From Candidatus Delongbacteria bacterium (lineage in GTDB: Bacteria > CAIWAD01): a DNA stretch of 32,000 nt. Location of the stretch: the NCBI GenBank assembly GCA_020634015.1, contig JACKCN010000001.1:434779-466778 (forward strand), in the 5' to 3' direction. Shown piece after piece: positions 1 to 9,412 of this stretch. Positions within the stretch are counted from its first letter, which is position 1; each line of letters starts with the position of its first letter. The position numbers were made by a program, and so were the translations under genes. Below the pieces are notes generated by a model. The model was given only the letters and a program-made list of their open reading frames with translations, searched no databases and was not told the DNA's origin.

Positions 1-550
1 TGAGCGCCGCGATGGCCAGCAGGCGCAGATCGGTGCCACCGATGACCACCAGGGCGCCGGCCACCAGGCAGAGGGGCGAGAGAATGCGCATGGCCATGGT
101 GCTGCACAGGTTCACCAGACGCTGGCTGTCGCTTTCGGTACGCGAGACCAGGCTGCCCACGGGATGCTGCTCGAGCCAGCCCAGCCCCAGGCTGAGGAAG
201 TGGGTGAAGAGCACGCGCTTGATGCGGTTGATCACCAGCACGCCCGTGCGCCCCATCAGGATGGTGGCCGCCGCGGAAACCAATCCGCCCGCCACCATCA
301 GGCCCAGATAGAGCGAGGCGTGACGCAGCAGCGAGGACACGTCACCGGAGGGGAAATCCTTGTCCACGATCAGCCTGAAGATCATTGGCTGCAGCACGAC
401 CAGGCAGACTCCCACCAAGGTCAGCAGCAGCGCGCCCAGGAAAGCCCAGCGATGGGGTCGCAGATAGGGCCAGACCCGACGGAAGAGCGACAGGGTGGGC
501 AAGCGGGGCGGAGCTTCGTGCTCCTCGAATCCGGAATCATCGTCCCACAT
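1..550 (-). CDS. ABC transporter, fused permease/ATPase (type-I exporter, MsbA/ABCB-like), N-terminal membrane domain only; the 3' part lies beyond the left edge
   Basis: Absent from the ORF track because it runs off the window. Manual reverse translation from the ATG (complement of 548-550), with GGAG 6 nt upstream (complement of 557-560), gives MWDDDSGFEEHEAPPRLPTLSLFRRVWPYLRPHRWAFLGALLLTLVGVCLVVLQPMIFRLIVDKDFPSG...GVLVINRIKRVLFTHFLSLGLGWLEQHPVGSLVSRTESDSQRL. This is the typical N-terminus and first TM helices of an ABC exporter membrane domain. Confidence 0.75.
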   Translation of the reverse strand, partial: MWDDDSGFEEHEAPPRLPTLSLFRRVWPYLRPHRWAFLGALLLTLVGVCLVVLQPMIFRLIVDKDFPSGDVSSLLRHASLYLGLMVAGGLVSAAATILMGRTGVLVINRIKRVLFTHFLSLGLGWLEQHPVGSLVSRTESDSQRLVNLCSTMAMRILSPLCLVAGALVVIGGTDLRLLAIAAL

Positions 551-780
551 GGGAGACTCCTGAGACTATGGATCACCCGGAACGGGGTGTCATGAACGAT
601 GGCTGTATTGGAATGAGTGAAAACGCGACGCGGTTGACGCGTTCGCGGAAGCCAGGAACGGGGCTGTGACGCCTGTTCTAGCGGTTATTGAGGGGAGTGC
701 GAATCAGCATAGTGGCGCCAACAATAAAACTCGTTCGCCAGAGAAGCAAGCACTCATGGGTGAAATCTTCATCCAGCACG

Positions 781-1695
781 TCAACCGAACAACCAGACAC
801 GCAGGGCGCTCAGGCGGGCGCGATCCAGTTCGGCCCCCAGCAGGCCACCCAGAATCAGCAGGCCACCCAGGGCTTCCCGCGTGCTGAGATGTTCTCCGGC
901 CAGCATCCAGGCGAAGAGCACCGCGAACACGGGTTCCATGGTGTAGATCACGGCCGCCTTCTCCGGGGCGATCTCGCGCTGGAAGCGAATCTGGAGGGCC
1001 AGGGCGAGCACGGTGGCCAGCAGACCGCAGATCAGCAGCGCCAGCACCAGGTCCAGGGTCCAGTCCAGCTGCAGCGGGCCGCGGAAGGGCAGGCAGGCGG
1101 TGGCGAGCACGGCCACGGTCAGCACCTGCCAGAAGGTCAGGGTCCAGGTGTGTCCGGCCGTGGGAGTACGATCCATCAGCAGGATCTGCACCGCGAACAC
1201 GAACGCACAGCCGATGGTCAGGGCGTCGCCCAGAGCGGTGCCCGAGCCTGCTCCCTCGAGAATGCCGGGATTCATGACCCAGAGACCCGCCAGGGCCAGA
1301 GCCACCGAAAGTATCACGCCTCCCCGGGGTCTGCGGCGCTCCAGCACGGCCAGGATCATGGGCACGAACAGTACCGCCAGCGAGGTGAAGAAGCCGGACC
1401 GACTGGCACTGGTGTGCACCAGACCCAAGGTCTGCAGCAGGTAGCCCAGGAACAGCACAGTGCCCAGCAGCACCCCGCGTCCAAGCTGCAGCAGGCTGCC
1501 CAGCCGGACCCGCCGATGGAAGAACAGCAGCGTCAGCGGAGCGGCCAGTCCAAAGCGCAGGGCGACGAACAGCACCGGATCCACACTCGCGAGAGCCTTG
1601 TGGATCAGGGTGAAGGTCGCCCCCCAGATCAGGGTGGCCAGCAGCAGCCAGCGGGTGGCGGTCAAGGCGCTTCTCCGGTTGGAAAGGGACCACAT
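781..1695 (-). CDS. EamA/DMT-superfamily transporter (10-TM drug/metabolite exporter type)
   Basis: ORF 781..1764 (-). It is highly hydrophobic with two EamA-like halves (LIWGATFTLIHKAL...FVALRFGLA; ...AAVIYTMEPVFAVLFAWMLAGEHLS). The start is uncertain: ATG at 1695 is chosen (MWSLSNRR..., short cytosolic lead before TM1). Alternatives are ATG 1737 and TTG 1764. No clear SD precedes any of them. Confidence 0.8.
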   Translation of the reverse strand: MWSLSNRRSALTATRWLLLATLIWGATFTLIHKALASVDPVLFVALRFGLAAPLTLLFFHRRVRLGSLLQLGRGVLLGTVLFLGYLLQTLGLVHTSASRSGFFTSLAVLFVPMILAVLERRRPRGGVILSVALALAGLWVMNPGILEGAGSGTALGDALTIGCAFVFAVQILLMDRTPTAGHTWTLTFWQVLTVAVLATACLPFRGPLQLDWTLDLVLALLICGLLATVLALALQIRFQREIAPEKAAVIYTMEPVFAVLFAWMLAGEHLSTREALGGLLILGGLLGAELDRARLSALRVWLFG

Positions 1696-1875
1696 CACGA
1701 CGCGCCAAGCTAACGAAAGGGGTCTCAGGTTGGACATGCCCGGCTCGAGAACCCACCCGCCCAACCGGGAACGATGTTATGTGTCGCTGCTGGTGTTCAA
1801 TGCTTGCACGGCGCGTCCATGGGTCCAATCTTCGGGTGCTCGCCAGACTCGCATCCACAGAATCCGGAGATTGAC

Positions 1876-2400
1876 ATGTCACTGATGAAACGCCTTGTGC
1901 AGGGGTTGGGAGTGCTGATCCTGGTGGTGGTGGTCGTGGGTCTGTTCCTGCCCCGCGACTACGAGGTCTCGCGTTCGATCGTGATCCAGGCCAGCCGCGA
2001 GGCCGTGCACGCCCGGGTGGGCGAGCTGCGGGCCTGGCCGAACTGGTCGCCCTGGCTGGAGAACGATCCCACCATCGTCACCACCCTGGGCGAGAAGACC
2101 ACTGGCGTGGGCGCCAGCCAGAGCTGGACCAGTAAGGAGGGGCCGGGCGAGCTGACCTTCACCGAGTGCTCGCTCGAGCAGGGCATCGCCTACGACATGG
2201 TCTTCGACAACCGGCACAGGTCAAAGGGCGTGATGAGCTACGAGGATGATCCCGGCGGAGTGCGTGTCACCTGGGGCATGACGGGCCGGATGGAGCTGCC
2301 CGTGATCGGCGGGTATTTCTGCCTGTTGATGGACACGATGGTCGGCCCGATGTTCGACACGGGATTGAGCAAGCTGAAGACCGTGGTCGAAGCCAACTGA
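1876..2400 (+). CDS. SRPBCC (START/polyketide-cyclase-like) family protein with N-terminal membrane anchor
   Basis: ORF 1774..2400 trimmed to ATG 1876, which has GGAG at 1866-1869. MSLMKRLVQGLGVLILVVVVVGLFLPRDYEVSRSIVIQASREAVHARVGELRAWPNWSPW is the characteristic anchor plus W-x-x-WSPW opening of this family. Confidence 0.8.
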   Translation: MSLMKRLVQGLGVLILVVVVVGLFLPRDYEVSRSIVIQASREAVHARVGELRAWPNWSPWLENDPTIVTTLGEKTTGVGASQSWTSKEGPGELTFTECSLEQGIAYDMVFDNRHRSKGVMSYEDDPGGVRVTWGMTGRMELPVIGGYFCLLMDTMVGPMFDTGLSKLKTVVEAN

Positions 2401-2415
2401 TCCTGGCCAGCCGGA

Positions 2416-2439
2416 CCGCTGCGCTCAGTTGCGCAGCGG
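2416..2439. terminator. GC-rich hairpin between convergent SRPBCC and fadN genes (candidate bidirectional terminator)
   Basis: CCGCTGCGC (2416-2424), 6-nt loop, GCGCAGCGG (2431-2439). The right arm and loop overlap the fadN stop codon. Only weak T-rich tails are present (CTTGCCGGTCTTC on +). Confidence 0.35.
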
Positions 2440-4770
2440 CTTGCCGGTCTTCAGCATGTGACGCAGGCGGTCCTGGGTTGCTCTGGTGAGCGCCAGCCGG
2501 GCGAATTCCTCGCGCTCGAGGCGCAGGATGCACTCCTCGTCCACCGGATGGCTCGTGTCCGCCTGCTCGCCCCCACTGAGAATCCGGGCCAGGCTGGCGG
2601 CGATGTCCGCGTCGTGTTCCGTGATCTTTCCCGACGCGCGGAATCCCTGCACGGCCAGCTCCATGGCCACTCGCCCACCGGGGCCGGGCAGGCGCAGGTC
2701 CTGGCGCGCGACGGGCGCGATGTAATCGGTGGCCAGCTCGAGTACTTTCTGACGGGCTCGCTCAAGCAGCGCCGCGCGATCCAGCACGATCTCCGTGTGC
2801 GCCGGAAGCAGACCGAAGAAGATCGCTTCGGCAGCCGATCCGCTGACCTTGGCGAAGGCGATCGTTTCAAAGGCCTGCTGCACGGGCGGGAAAGGCCCCG
2901 GGCGGCGGGGAGCCAACCGGTCGATCCAGTGTTCCAGCACCCGCAGGCAGCCTCCCCCGGCAGGAATCACGCCCACGCCCGCTTCCACCAGCCCCGCATA
3001 GAGTTCGGCGTGTGCCACCACCGCATCACTGCCGGCAGTCAGCTCCACTCCTCCGCCCAGGCAGAGCCCGAAGGGCGCGGCCACCACCGGGAAGGGAGCG
3101 TGACGCAGAGCAAGAATCACCCGCTGGAACTGTTCGCAGACGCCTTCGATGGCCTCCCGGTCACCGGACTCGGCCAGACGCAGGATCAGTTGCAGATTGG
3201 CCCCGGCGCAGAAGTTGGCTCCACCATGGCCGATCACCAGACCGCGATAGCCCTTGTCGGGCACGGCGCGCAGGGCCACAGCCAGGGTCTCGATCACGCT
3301 CTCGTCAATCGGGTTCAGCTGGGGCTGAAGCACGCTGTGGAATTCCAGCCCGGCCACTCCTTCCCCCAGATCCAGCAGGCTGGCCGACCAGCCCCGATGC
3401 AGCACGGGATGGATCCGGCGACAGGTTTCCAGATCCAGCTCGCCGGGAATGCTCTCCACGGCGCGCCACTCGCAGGTGGCGGGCTCCAGGATTTCGCGCG
3501 TCCCGCCGTTCCAGCGGTGGAAGGTCTCGGCTCCGCTGGCCAGGAATCTGTCCAGCCAGGGCGCCAGTCGTGCGCCTTCCCGTTTCAGGCGCTGCAGGCT
3601 GCGGCGCACACCGATCGAGTCCCAGAGACGGAAGGGCCCCATCTCCCAGCCAAACCCCCAGCAGAGTGCGCGATCCAGGCTTTCCAGCTTGCCGCCGGCA
3701 ATCTCTTCCACTTGCCAGGCCGCGTAGAGCAGCGTCTCGCCCAGCAGGGCCCGCAGAAAACGGCCCGCCCGGTCCTCTTCCCAGTAGAGGGCTTCCACGC
3801 GACGGCCCAGGTCCTTCCAGCGCCGCCAGAGCTTCAGGCTCTCGAAGCGCGGCTTGAGCAGTGGCCCATACTCGCGCGTGACAAGGTCCAGTTGCTCCAG
3901 GCCCGCGGCGCTCTTGCGATAGAATCCGGCGCCGCTTTTCTGGCCCAATGCCCCTTTCTCCACCAGCTGAATCAGCAACTCGGAGGGTTGGAACACGGCC
4001 CGCCAGGGATCGGTGGCACAGGCCTCATATGTCCCCTGGGTAACGTGCAGCAGCGTATCCAGCCCCACCACATCCGCCGTGCGGAAGGACGCACTCTTGG
4101 GACGTCCCAGCAGCGGGCCGGTGAGCGCGTCCACTTCCTCGACGCTCAGTCCGTGTTCCAGGGCCAGCTGCAGAGTGCGCTGGAGCCCGAAGACCCCAAT
4201 GCGGTTGGCAATGAAATTGGGGGTCAGCCGCGCTTCGACCACCCCCTTGCCCAGGGTCTCACGCGCGAACCGGGCGAAAGTACCCAGCAATTCCGGATCC
4301 GTCTCAGGCAGGGCGACCAGTTCCAGCAGGCGCAGGTAGCGCGGTGGGTTGAAGAAATGGGTCACCAGAAAGCGGCGGCGCTGTGCCGGACTGAGCACGG
4401 CGGCGATCTCGGCGGCGGGCAGTCCGCTGGTGTTGGTGCTGATCAGCGCGCCATCGGACAGATGGGGAGCCACGCTGGTGAAGAGCTGGCGTTTCCAGTC
4501 GAGCACTTCGGGAATCGCCTCGCAGACCCAGTCCACATCGGCCAGCCGGGCCGCGTCCTCGTCAATGCCCAGCGCCGTGATGCGTCGGGCGCTCCCGGGC
4601 GAATAGAAGGCTGCGGGGCGGATGCTGGTGGCACGCTGCAGACCCTGACTGGCCAGTTCCAGATCACGATCGAAGAGCAGGACCTCGAGCCCGGCGTTGG
4701 CGCAGTGGGCGGCGATCTGGCTGCCCATCACACCCGCTCCAAGCACGGCCACACGGCGGATCTCAGTCAT
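2425..4770 (-). CDS. fadN: Bifunctional 3-hydroxyacyl-CoA dehydrogenase / enoyl-CoA hydratase (FadN-type domain order: dehydrogenase N-terminal, crotonase C-terminal)
   Basis: 781 aa. N-terminal Rossmann motif VAVLGAGVMGSQIAAHCANAG. The 3HCDH C-terminal region follows, then a crotonase-fold region (GANFCAGANLQ...GLCLGGGVEL). The ATG overlaps the thiolase stop by 8 nt (4763-4770). Confidence 0.9.
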   Translation of the reverse strand: MTEIRRVAVLGAGVMGSQIAAHCANAGLEVLLFDRDLELASQGLQRATSIRPAAFYSPGSARRITALGIDEDAARLADVDWVCEAIPEVLDWKRQLFTSVAPHLSDGALISTNTSGLPAAEIAAVLSPAQRRRFLVTHFFNPPRYLRLLELVALPETDPELLGTFARFARETLGKGVVEARLTPNFIANRIGVFGLQRTLQLALEHGLSVEEVDALTGPLLGRPKSASFRTADVVGLDTLLHVTQGTYEACATDPWRAVFQPSELLIQLVEKGALGQKSGAGFYRKSAAGLEQLDLVTREYGPLLKPRFESLKLWRRWKDLGRRVEALYWEEDRAGRFLRALLGETLLYAAWQVEEIAGGKLESLDRALCWGFGWEMGPFRLWDSIGVRRSLQRLKREGARLAPWLDRFLASGAETFHRWNGGTREILEPATCEWRAVESIPGELDLETCRRIHPVLHRGWSASLLDLGEGVAGLEFHSVLQPQLNPIDESVIETLAVALRAVPDKGYRGLVIGHGGANFCAGANLQLILRLAESGDREAIEGVCEQFQRVILALRHAPFPVVAAPFGLCLGGGVELTAGSDAVVAHAELYAGLVEAGVGVIPAGGGCLRVLEHWIDRLAPRRPGPFPPVQQAFETIAFAKVSGSAAEAIFFGLLPAHTEIVLDRAALLERARQKVLELATDYIAPVARQDLRLPGPGGRVAMELAVQGFRASGKITEHDADIAASLARILSGGEQADTSHPVDEECILRLEREEFARLALTRATQDRLRHMLKTGKPLRN

Positions 4771-5902
4771 GGTCGGGCCTCCGCACGATGGTGGCGATGC
4801 CCTGTCCGCCCCCGATGCAGAGGGTGGCCAGGCCCGTGCGCAGCTTGCGGTGTTCCATCACGCTCAGCAGGGTGCAGAGGATGCGGGCCCCACTGGCGCC
4901 CAGCGGATGCCCCAGGGCCAGCGCACCGCCGTGCAGGTTGACCTTCTCGGCGGGCCAGCCGCCATGGCGGATCACATACAGCGACTGAGCCGCGAAGGCT
5001 TCGTTGAGTTCGATGGCATCGATCGCGTCCCAGTCCAGCCCGGCTGCGGCCATGGCTTTGGCACTGGCGGGAATCGGGCCGGACCCCATCCGGGTGGGAT
5101 CCACACCAGCAATTCCCCGGGAAACGACTTCGGCGCGCACGGTCAGGCCGTGTTCGGCGGCGAACTCAGTGGAGCATACCAGCAGCGCGGCCGCACCCTT
5201 GGATACCGGCGAACTGGTGGCCGCCGTGATGCTGCCAGCGGCCAGGAAAGCCGGTGCCAGCGAGCGCATCTTCTCCAGATCCGGCGTGCGTGGCCCTTCG
5301 TCGTGTGCCATCATGCCATCGGGAGTCTGAACCGGCAGGATCTCGCGGTCCAGCAGACCGGCCTCGCGGGCCGCCAGCGCACGCCTGTGCGACTCGGCGG
5401 AAAAGGCTTCCTGGTCTTCCCGCGTGATGCCCAGGTCGCGCGCCAGATTCTCGGCGGTCTCGCCCATGTTCATGTAATAGCCGGCACGAGCCAGTTCGGG
5501 GTGGAAGTCCGGATTGTAACCGCCCATCGGCACCGCGAACATGTCCTCCATGCCCGCGGCGATGGCACACTGGATATCCCCGCATTCGATGGCCTGTGAT
5601 ACGGCATGCAGCGCGTCCATGGACGAGCCGCAGAAGCGGTTGATCACTCGGGCCGGAGTCGAATCGGGCAAACCGGCCAGCAGAGCCACTCCGCGCGCGG
5701 CCAGCATGCCCTGGATTCCCTCGGGAAAGGCACAGCCCAGCACCACATCATCCACGGCCTGGCCGGCCATGCCGCGGTTGCGTGCCAGCAGCCCGCGCAG
5801 CAGGTCGGCGGTCAGCTGGTCCACACGCACCCGGCTGAGAGCGCCATTCTTGAGGCCGATGGGGGTACGCGCCGCATCCACGATGACCGCACGGGTTGCC
5901 AT
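4763..5902 (-). CDS. fadA: Acetyl-CoA C-acyltransferase (3-ketoacyl-CoA thiolase)
   Basis: 379 aa, thiolase hallmarks: INRFCGSSMDA (nucleophilic Cys), NLHGGALALGHPLGASGARIL, LATLCIGGGQG. Strong RBS GAAGGAG lies 7 nt before the ATG at 5902. Confidence 0.9.
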   Translation of the reverse strand: MATRAVIVDAARTPIGLKNGALSRVRVDQLTADLLRGLLARNRGMAGQAVDDVVLGCAFPEGIQGMLAARGVALLAGLPDSTPARVINRFCGSSMDALHAVSQAIECGDIQCAIAAGMEDMFAVPMGGYNPDFHPELARAGYYMNMGETAENLARDLGITREDQEAFSAESHRRALAAREAGLLDREILPVQTPDGMMAHDEGPRTPDLEKMRSLAPAFLAAGSITAATSSPVSKGAAALLVCSTEFAAEHGLTVRAEVVSRGIAGVDPTRMGSGPIPASAKAMAAAGLDWDAIDAIELNEAFAAQSLYVIRHGGWPAEKVNLHGGALALGHPLGASGARILCTLLSVMEHRKLRTGLATLCIGGGQGIATIVRRPDHD

Positions 5903-5967
5903 GTTCTAGCTCCTTCCAGTTGTCCGGGCCGGGCAGCCCGATGCTCGTGATCCGCCGGATTCCGGCC

Positions 5968-7713
5968 TCAGCGTCCTTCGGGCCAGCCGCCGTGCTGCGC
6001 CAGGCTGTGTGCCAGGGCACGCGACAGTGCATAGGGATTCAGCTGTGCATCCCGGTGGACATCCAAGGCGGTCAGTGCCTCGTCGGCAATGGCACCCGCA
6101 TCGCCAAGGCCAGCGCGCAGACGGGCGGCGCAATGCCGGGCCTCGGCCAGGCTTTCGCAGGCCAGCAGTCCCAGGGCGTGCATCACACAGTGCGGGTCCT
6201 TGAATTCCCGGTGCCAGTGGCGTACTCGCAGGCAGGCGCTGTCGAGCGCGAAGACCGTGGTCGCAAGGTCCGCCAGATCCTCGCCGGCCAGCTGGCGCAG
6301 GGCCAGATCCTGGCCCCAGGCCGTGATCGCCGCATCCAGCAGGGTGCAGAAGGCGCGCCTCACCCTGTGCAGCACGTCCAGGGCGGGGGCCAGTCCGGGG
6401 GGATCCCCGGGCAGTGCCGGGGTCTCGCGGTCGCCATTGCGCAGAGTCAATTGCCCTTCCAGAGCGGCGCGCAGCAGGTTGCCCACGATCACCTGGCGAT
6501 TGATCTCGTTGGTGCCTTCGAAAATGCGGTCGACGCGGTTGTCGCGGAAAATGCCGGCCAGTCCATACTCTTCAATGAAACCGTATCCGCCCAGACTCTG
6601 CAGGCCGGCGTCGGAAATGCGGAACAGCGATTCGCTGCCGTGGATCTTGACCATCGAGCTTTCCAGGGCCAGACTTTCGAGCACGACGGCCGCCTCGCGC
6701 CCATGCAGGCGTGCGTCCCCAGTGCCCATGCCATCGGCCAGCAGCCCCAGCACGCGCCAGGCCATGCTCTCCAGGGCCAGCAGGCGACTGCCCATGGCGG
6801 CCAGTTTGCCCTGCAGGGCTTCGAAGTTGGCGATGGCCGTGCCGAACTGGCGCCGCTCGCCCGTGTAACGCACGGTGTCGCGAATGCAGACCCGGCTCAG
6901 GCCCAGATCCATCAACCCGAGCTTGAGACGGCCCAGGTCCAGAGTCACCAGCGCGATGGCCGTGCCCTCGCCCACCTGACCGATCAGGTGATCCAGTGGC
7001 ACGCGCACCTCTTCCAGGATCAATGGAGCGGTGCTGCTGCCCTTGAGCCCCATCTTGTGCTCCTCCAGCCCGATCGAGAGCCCGGGAGTGTCACGGGGCA
7101 CGAAGAATGCGCTGAAACCCTGGCCCTCGGAGGACCGGGCCTGGGCGAACACGATGAAGTAGTCGGCGAATCCGGCATTGGTGATGTATTGCTTGCGCCC
7201 CGTGATGACCCAGTGCTCCCCATCGACGACTGCACGGGAGCTGGCGGCCAGGGCATCGCTGCCGCTGCCGGGCTCGGTGAGGGCGTAGGCACCCTTGAGC
7301 TCGCCGCTGGCCACGCCGGGCAACCAGCGCGCCTTCTGTTCCTCGGTGCCGTACAGCAGGATCGGCAGCAGACCAATGCCCGTGACCGCGCCCAGACTGA
7401 CCATCAAACTGGCGCTGCGGCACTCGGCCAGGTACTCGGAGGAAGCCACGGCCGTGATCCAGCCCAGCTCGAGGCCACCGTGCGCTTCAGGAATGTCCAC
7501 GGCGCAGAGGCCCAGTTCGGCACACTGGTCCAGCAGCTGGCGGGTCAGCGCCAGGTCGAAATTTTCCAGGTCGGCGCGCCGGGGTGCCAGCTGTTCGCTG
7601 GCGAACTGGCACAGGGTCTGGCGGAATTCGCGCTGCGAGTCATCGAGGGCTTCCGGAGCCAGCGGCGCAGGGCCCGATCCGGTGGCGGTGAGGTGAGAAA
7701 AACGCGTGGGCAT
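5968..7713 (-). CDS. fadE: Acyl-CoA dehydrogenase, long form with C-terminal extension
   Basis: 581 aa. GAYALTEPGSGSDA motif, QYITNAGFADYFIVFA, RIFEGTNEINR near the catalytic region, plus a roughly 150-aa C-terminal helical extension. First gene of the fadE-fadA-fadN operon. Confidence 0.9.
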   Translation of the reverse strand: MPTRFSHLTATGSGPAPLAPEALDDSQREFRQTLCQFASEQLAPRRADLENFDLALTRQLLDQCAELGLCAVDIPEAHGGLELGWITAVASSEYLAECRSASLMVSLGAVTGIGLLPILLYGTEEQKARWLPGVASGELKGAYALTEPGSGSDALAASSRAVVDGEHWVITGRKQYITNAGFADYFIVFAQARSSEGQGFSAFFVPRDTPGLSIGLEEHKMGLKGSSTAPLILEEVRVPLDHLIGQVGEGTAIALVTLDLGRLKLGLMDLGLSRVCIRDTVRYTGERRQFGTAIANFEALQGKLAAMGSRLLALESMAWRVLGLLADGMGTGDARLHGREAAVVLESLALESSMVKIHGSESLFRISDAGLQSLGGYGFIEEYGLAGIFRDNRVDRIFEGTNEINRQVIVGNLLRAALEGQLTLRNGDRETPALPGDPPGLAPALDVLHRVRRAFCTLLDAAITAWGQDLALRQLAGEDLADLATTVFALDSACLRVRHWHREFKDPHCVMHALGLLACESLAEARHCAARLRAGLGDAGAIADEALTALDVHRDAQLNPYALSRALAHSLAQHGGWPEGR

Positions 7714-7963
7714 GGGGCGATCCTGGCTTGAGGTCCAGTGTTCCGATGCGCGTCGTGGGAGCCGTCATCCGCATCGAAGGGGTACGTTTCAAGGTATCGG
7801 CCACTTTCTGGCCATCCTGAGACTGAGTTCCGTATCCCTTGACCCAAGATCTTCGGTTTCCCGCACGACATATGGTAAAATGACGCCCGGTTGCAGCCGG
7901 TACCCCACAGGCAACCACCTGACATCATCATCCCTGCGTCTCTACAACCAATTCCGGTTTTCC

Positions 7964-7976
7964 GTTCCGCCGGAAC
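7964..7976. promoter_or_regulatory. Perfect 13-bp palindrome GTTCCG-C-CGGAAC in the fadE/tetR divergent region (candidate operator)
   Basis: Read directly: GTTCCG 7964-7969, C 7970, CGGAAC 7971-7976. An extra TTCCGG lies at 7952-7957. The palindrome sits 54 nt upstream of the TetR ATG in a 316-bp divergent intergenic region. Confidence 0.3.
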
Positions 7977-8029
7977 TCATGGTGCATTCTTGGCGCTCCT
8001 GACGATTCAAGCCCAACCCAGAGGTGAGC

Positions 8030-8632
8030 ATGCCAAAAGCCTGTCAGAAGGAACTTGTGCTCGAGACAGCCCGGACACTGATCCTGGCGGATGGCTACGA
8101 TGCGGTCACTGTCCGCCAGATCGCACGCCAGGCCGAGCTGACCACCGGAGCGATCTACTCCAACTACCGCAACAAGGCCGAGATTCTGGGAATTCTGGTG
8201 ACCGAGTCCTGGGAACTCCTGCGAGGCGAGATCCAGAGCAAGGTGCTGAAGGAGCCCGATCTGAAGCGCCGCCTGCGCCTGTTCTTCAACAGCTACCGCG
8301 ACTACAGCCGCAGCCACCCCGAGCATTTCACTCTGCTGCTGTATATGGCCTCGCACCCCGAAGTCTTCGCCGAACTGTCCGAGGAGGTCCAGCGGGACAT
8401 CATCGCCCGACGGGCTGAACTGGTGAACCGGATGATCGAGTTGGTGGATGCCATGAAAGCCCAGGGCTGTCTGAAGGACGTGGACTCGACCACCTACGTG
8501 ATCGCCCTGATCTCCACGGCCAATGGCCTGCTGCAGTCGCGCTCGCGCTCGTTGTACAGCCAGTACGGTGTGGACATGGATCGCGTCGACGACCTGATCA
8601 TGGGCCGTCTGATCGATTCGGTCTGCAACTGA
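8030..8632 (+). CDS. TetR/AcrR-family transcriptional regulator, likely acyl-CoA-responsive regulator of the divergent fad operon
   Basis: N-terminal TetR HTH: TARTLILADGYDAVTVRQIARQAELTTGAIYSNYRNKAEIL. ATG 8030 is preceded by GAGG (8021-8024); a GTG at 8024 is also possible. Its position divergent to fadE-fadA-fadN matches TetR-type FadR regulators of Bacillus and Thermus. Confidence 0.85.
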   Translation: MPKACQKELVLETARTLILADGYDAVTVRQIARQAELTTGAIYSNYRNKAEILGILVTESWELLRGEIQSKVLKEPDLKRRLRLFFNSYRDYSRSHPEHFTLLLYMASHPEVFAELSEEVQRDIIARRAELVNRMIELVDAMKAQGCLKDVDSTTYVIALISTANGLLQSRSRSLYSQYGVDMDRVDDLIMGRLIDSVCN

Positions 8633-8635
8633 GAA

Positions 8636-9412
8636 TCAGGCCGGGCGGGGCGGCAGCTGGCTGAGAAACTGTGCCAGCAGCGAGTAGTATGCCAGAGGCT
8701 GGCTTCGGTGGCACAGGTGTCGGCAGTCGGGCAGGATCCGGCAACTCGCGCCCGGAATGGCCGCGGCCAGGCGATGGGCGTGTGCCTGATCCACGAACGC
8801 ATCCTGGTCGCCCTGGACCACCAGGCTGGGGCAGGTGATCGCGCCCAGTTCCTTCAGAATGGACCAGTCGCGCCAGACCGGATCCCGAAATCCCTCGAAC
8901 CACTTTTCCATGCTTTCGGCGAAGACGGGCCGTGCCGCGCCCGGAGGATATTTCACCAACAGCTTGCGGGCCCGACGCTCCAGCTCTTCCTCCATTGAAG
9001 ACTGAAAGAATCCGTGCGCCCCCTCCACCACCAGACCCAGCACGGACTGTGGCCGCCGCGCCGTGTGCAGCAGGGCGATGGTACCGCCGTCACTGGTGCC
9101 CACGATGGGCAGTGCGGCCTGCAGTCCCAGCCGCTCACGCAGAGCCTGCAGCAGGCGCTCTTCCTGGTCGAAGAAATCCCGGGGAAAGTGGTCACGGGGC
9201 TGGCTCAGGCCATATCCGGGGCGCTCGTAGCGCCAGAGGCGGTGGCTGCGGGCCAGTTGGCGACAGCCTTCGTCCCATTCGCCGGCGTTCCAGCCTCCTC
9301 CACCACTGTGCAGCAGCAGGAGAGGCGGACCGGAGCCCAGCGCCTCCACGTGAAGTCGCCATCCCTGCACCTCCAGGAACACACTCAGGCGTGTGCCGGA
9401 ACGTTCAGGCAC
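8636..9412 (-). CDS. Alpha/beta-fold hydrolase
   Basis: 258 aa. The oxyanion region is PPLLLLHSGGGG, the nucleophile elbow is GTSDGG (G-x-S-x-G), and the C-terminal D/H region is QGDQDAFV...DCRHLCH. The GTG start at 9412 overlaps the upstream MauE-like stop by 8 nt. Confidence 0.8.
   Translation of the reverse strand: MPERSGTRLSVFLEVQGWRLHVEALGSGPPLLLLHSGGGGWNAGEWDEGCRQLARSHRLWRYERPGYGLSQPRDHFPRDFFDQEERLLQALRERLGLQAALPIVGTSDGGTIALLHTARRPQSVLGLVVEGAHGFFQSSMEEELERRARKLLVKYPPGAARPVFAESMEKWFEGFRDPVWRDWSILKELGAITCPSLVVQGDQDAFVDQAHAHRLAAAIPGASCRILPDCRHLCHRSQPLAYYSLLAQFLSQLPPRPA

Noticed and set aside
580-663. Direct repeat GGAACGGGG(T/C)-TGT at 580-592 and 655-667, as ECF-sigma -35 (GGAAC) elements
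   Set aside because: Both flanking genes are on the minus strand, so a plus-strand GGAAC cannot serve them as a -35 element. No matching -10 (CGTC-like) lies at the right spacing. The repeat is likely coincidental.
1774-1875. N-terminal extensions of track ORFs: 1774-1875, 17324-17608, 27382-27642, 27881-28168, 11613-11738, 17404-17499, 11824-11928 and 28990-29016
   Set aside because: In each case an internal start has a good Shine-Dalgarno sequence. That start also coincides with the natural family N-terminus, such as a signal peptide, Rossmann start, Met-Cys of NRDE or TM1. The extension is Arg/Pro-rich or overlaps the neighbouring gene.
2458-4941. 827-aa plus-strand ORF, with similar long ORFs at 5896-7731 (+), 10918-13512 (-), 14071-14895 (-), 14917-16050 (+), 16648-18087 (+), 18778-20388 (-), 20385-21791 (-), 9941-11056 (+) and 30855-31763 (-)
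   Set aside because: Each lies entirely antisense to, or out of frame with, an ORF carrying clear family motifs. Their translations are Arg/Gly/Pro/Ala/Gln/His-rich low-complexity strings with no recognisable motif. This is the expected artefact of stop-codon scarcity in GC-rich DNA.
7839-7881. TTGACC (7839-7844) and TAAAAT (7876-7881) as a sigma-70 -35/-10 pair for the TetR gene
   Set aside because: The hexamers are 31 nt apart, far from the 16-18 nt optimum. Neither has a properly spaced partner that I could find.
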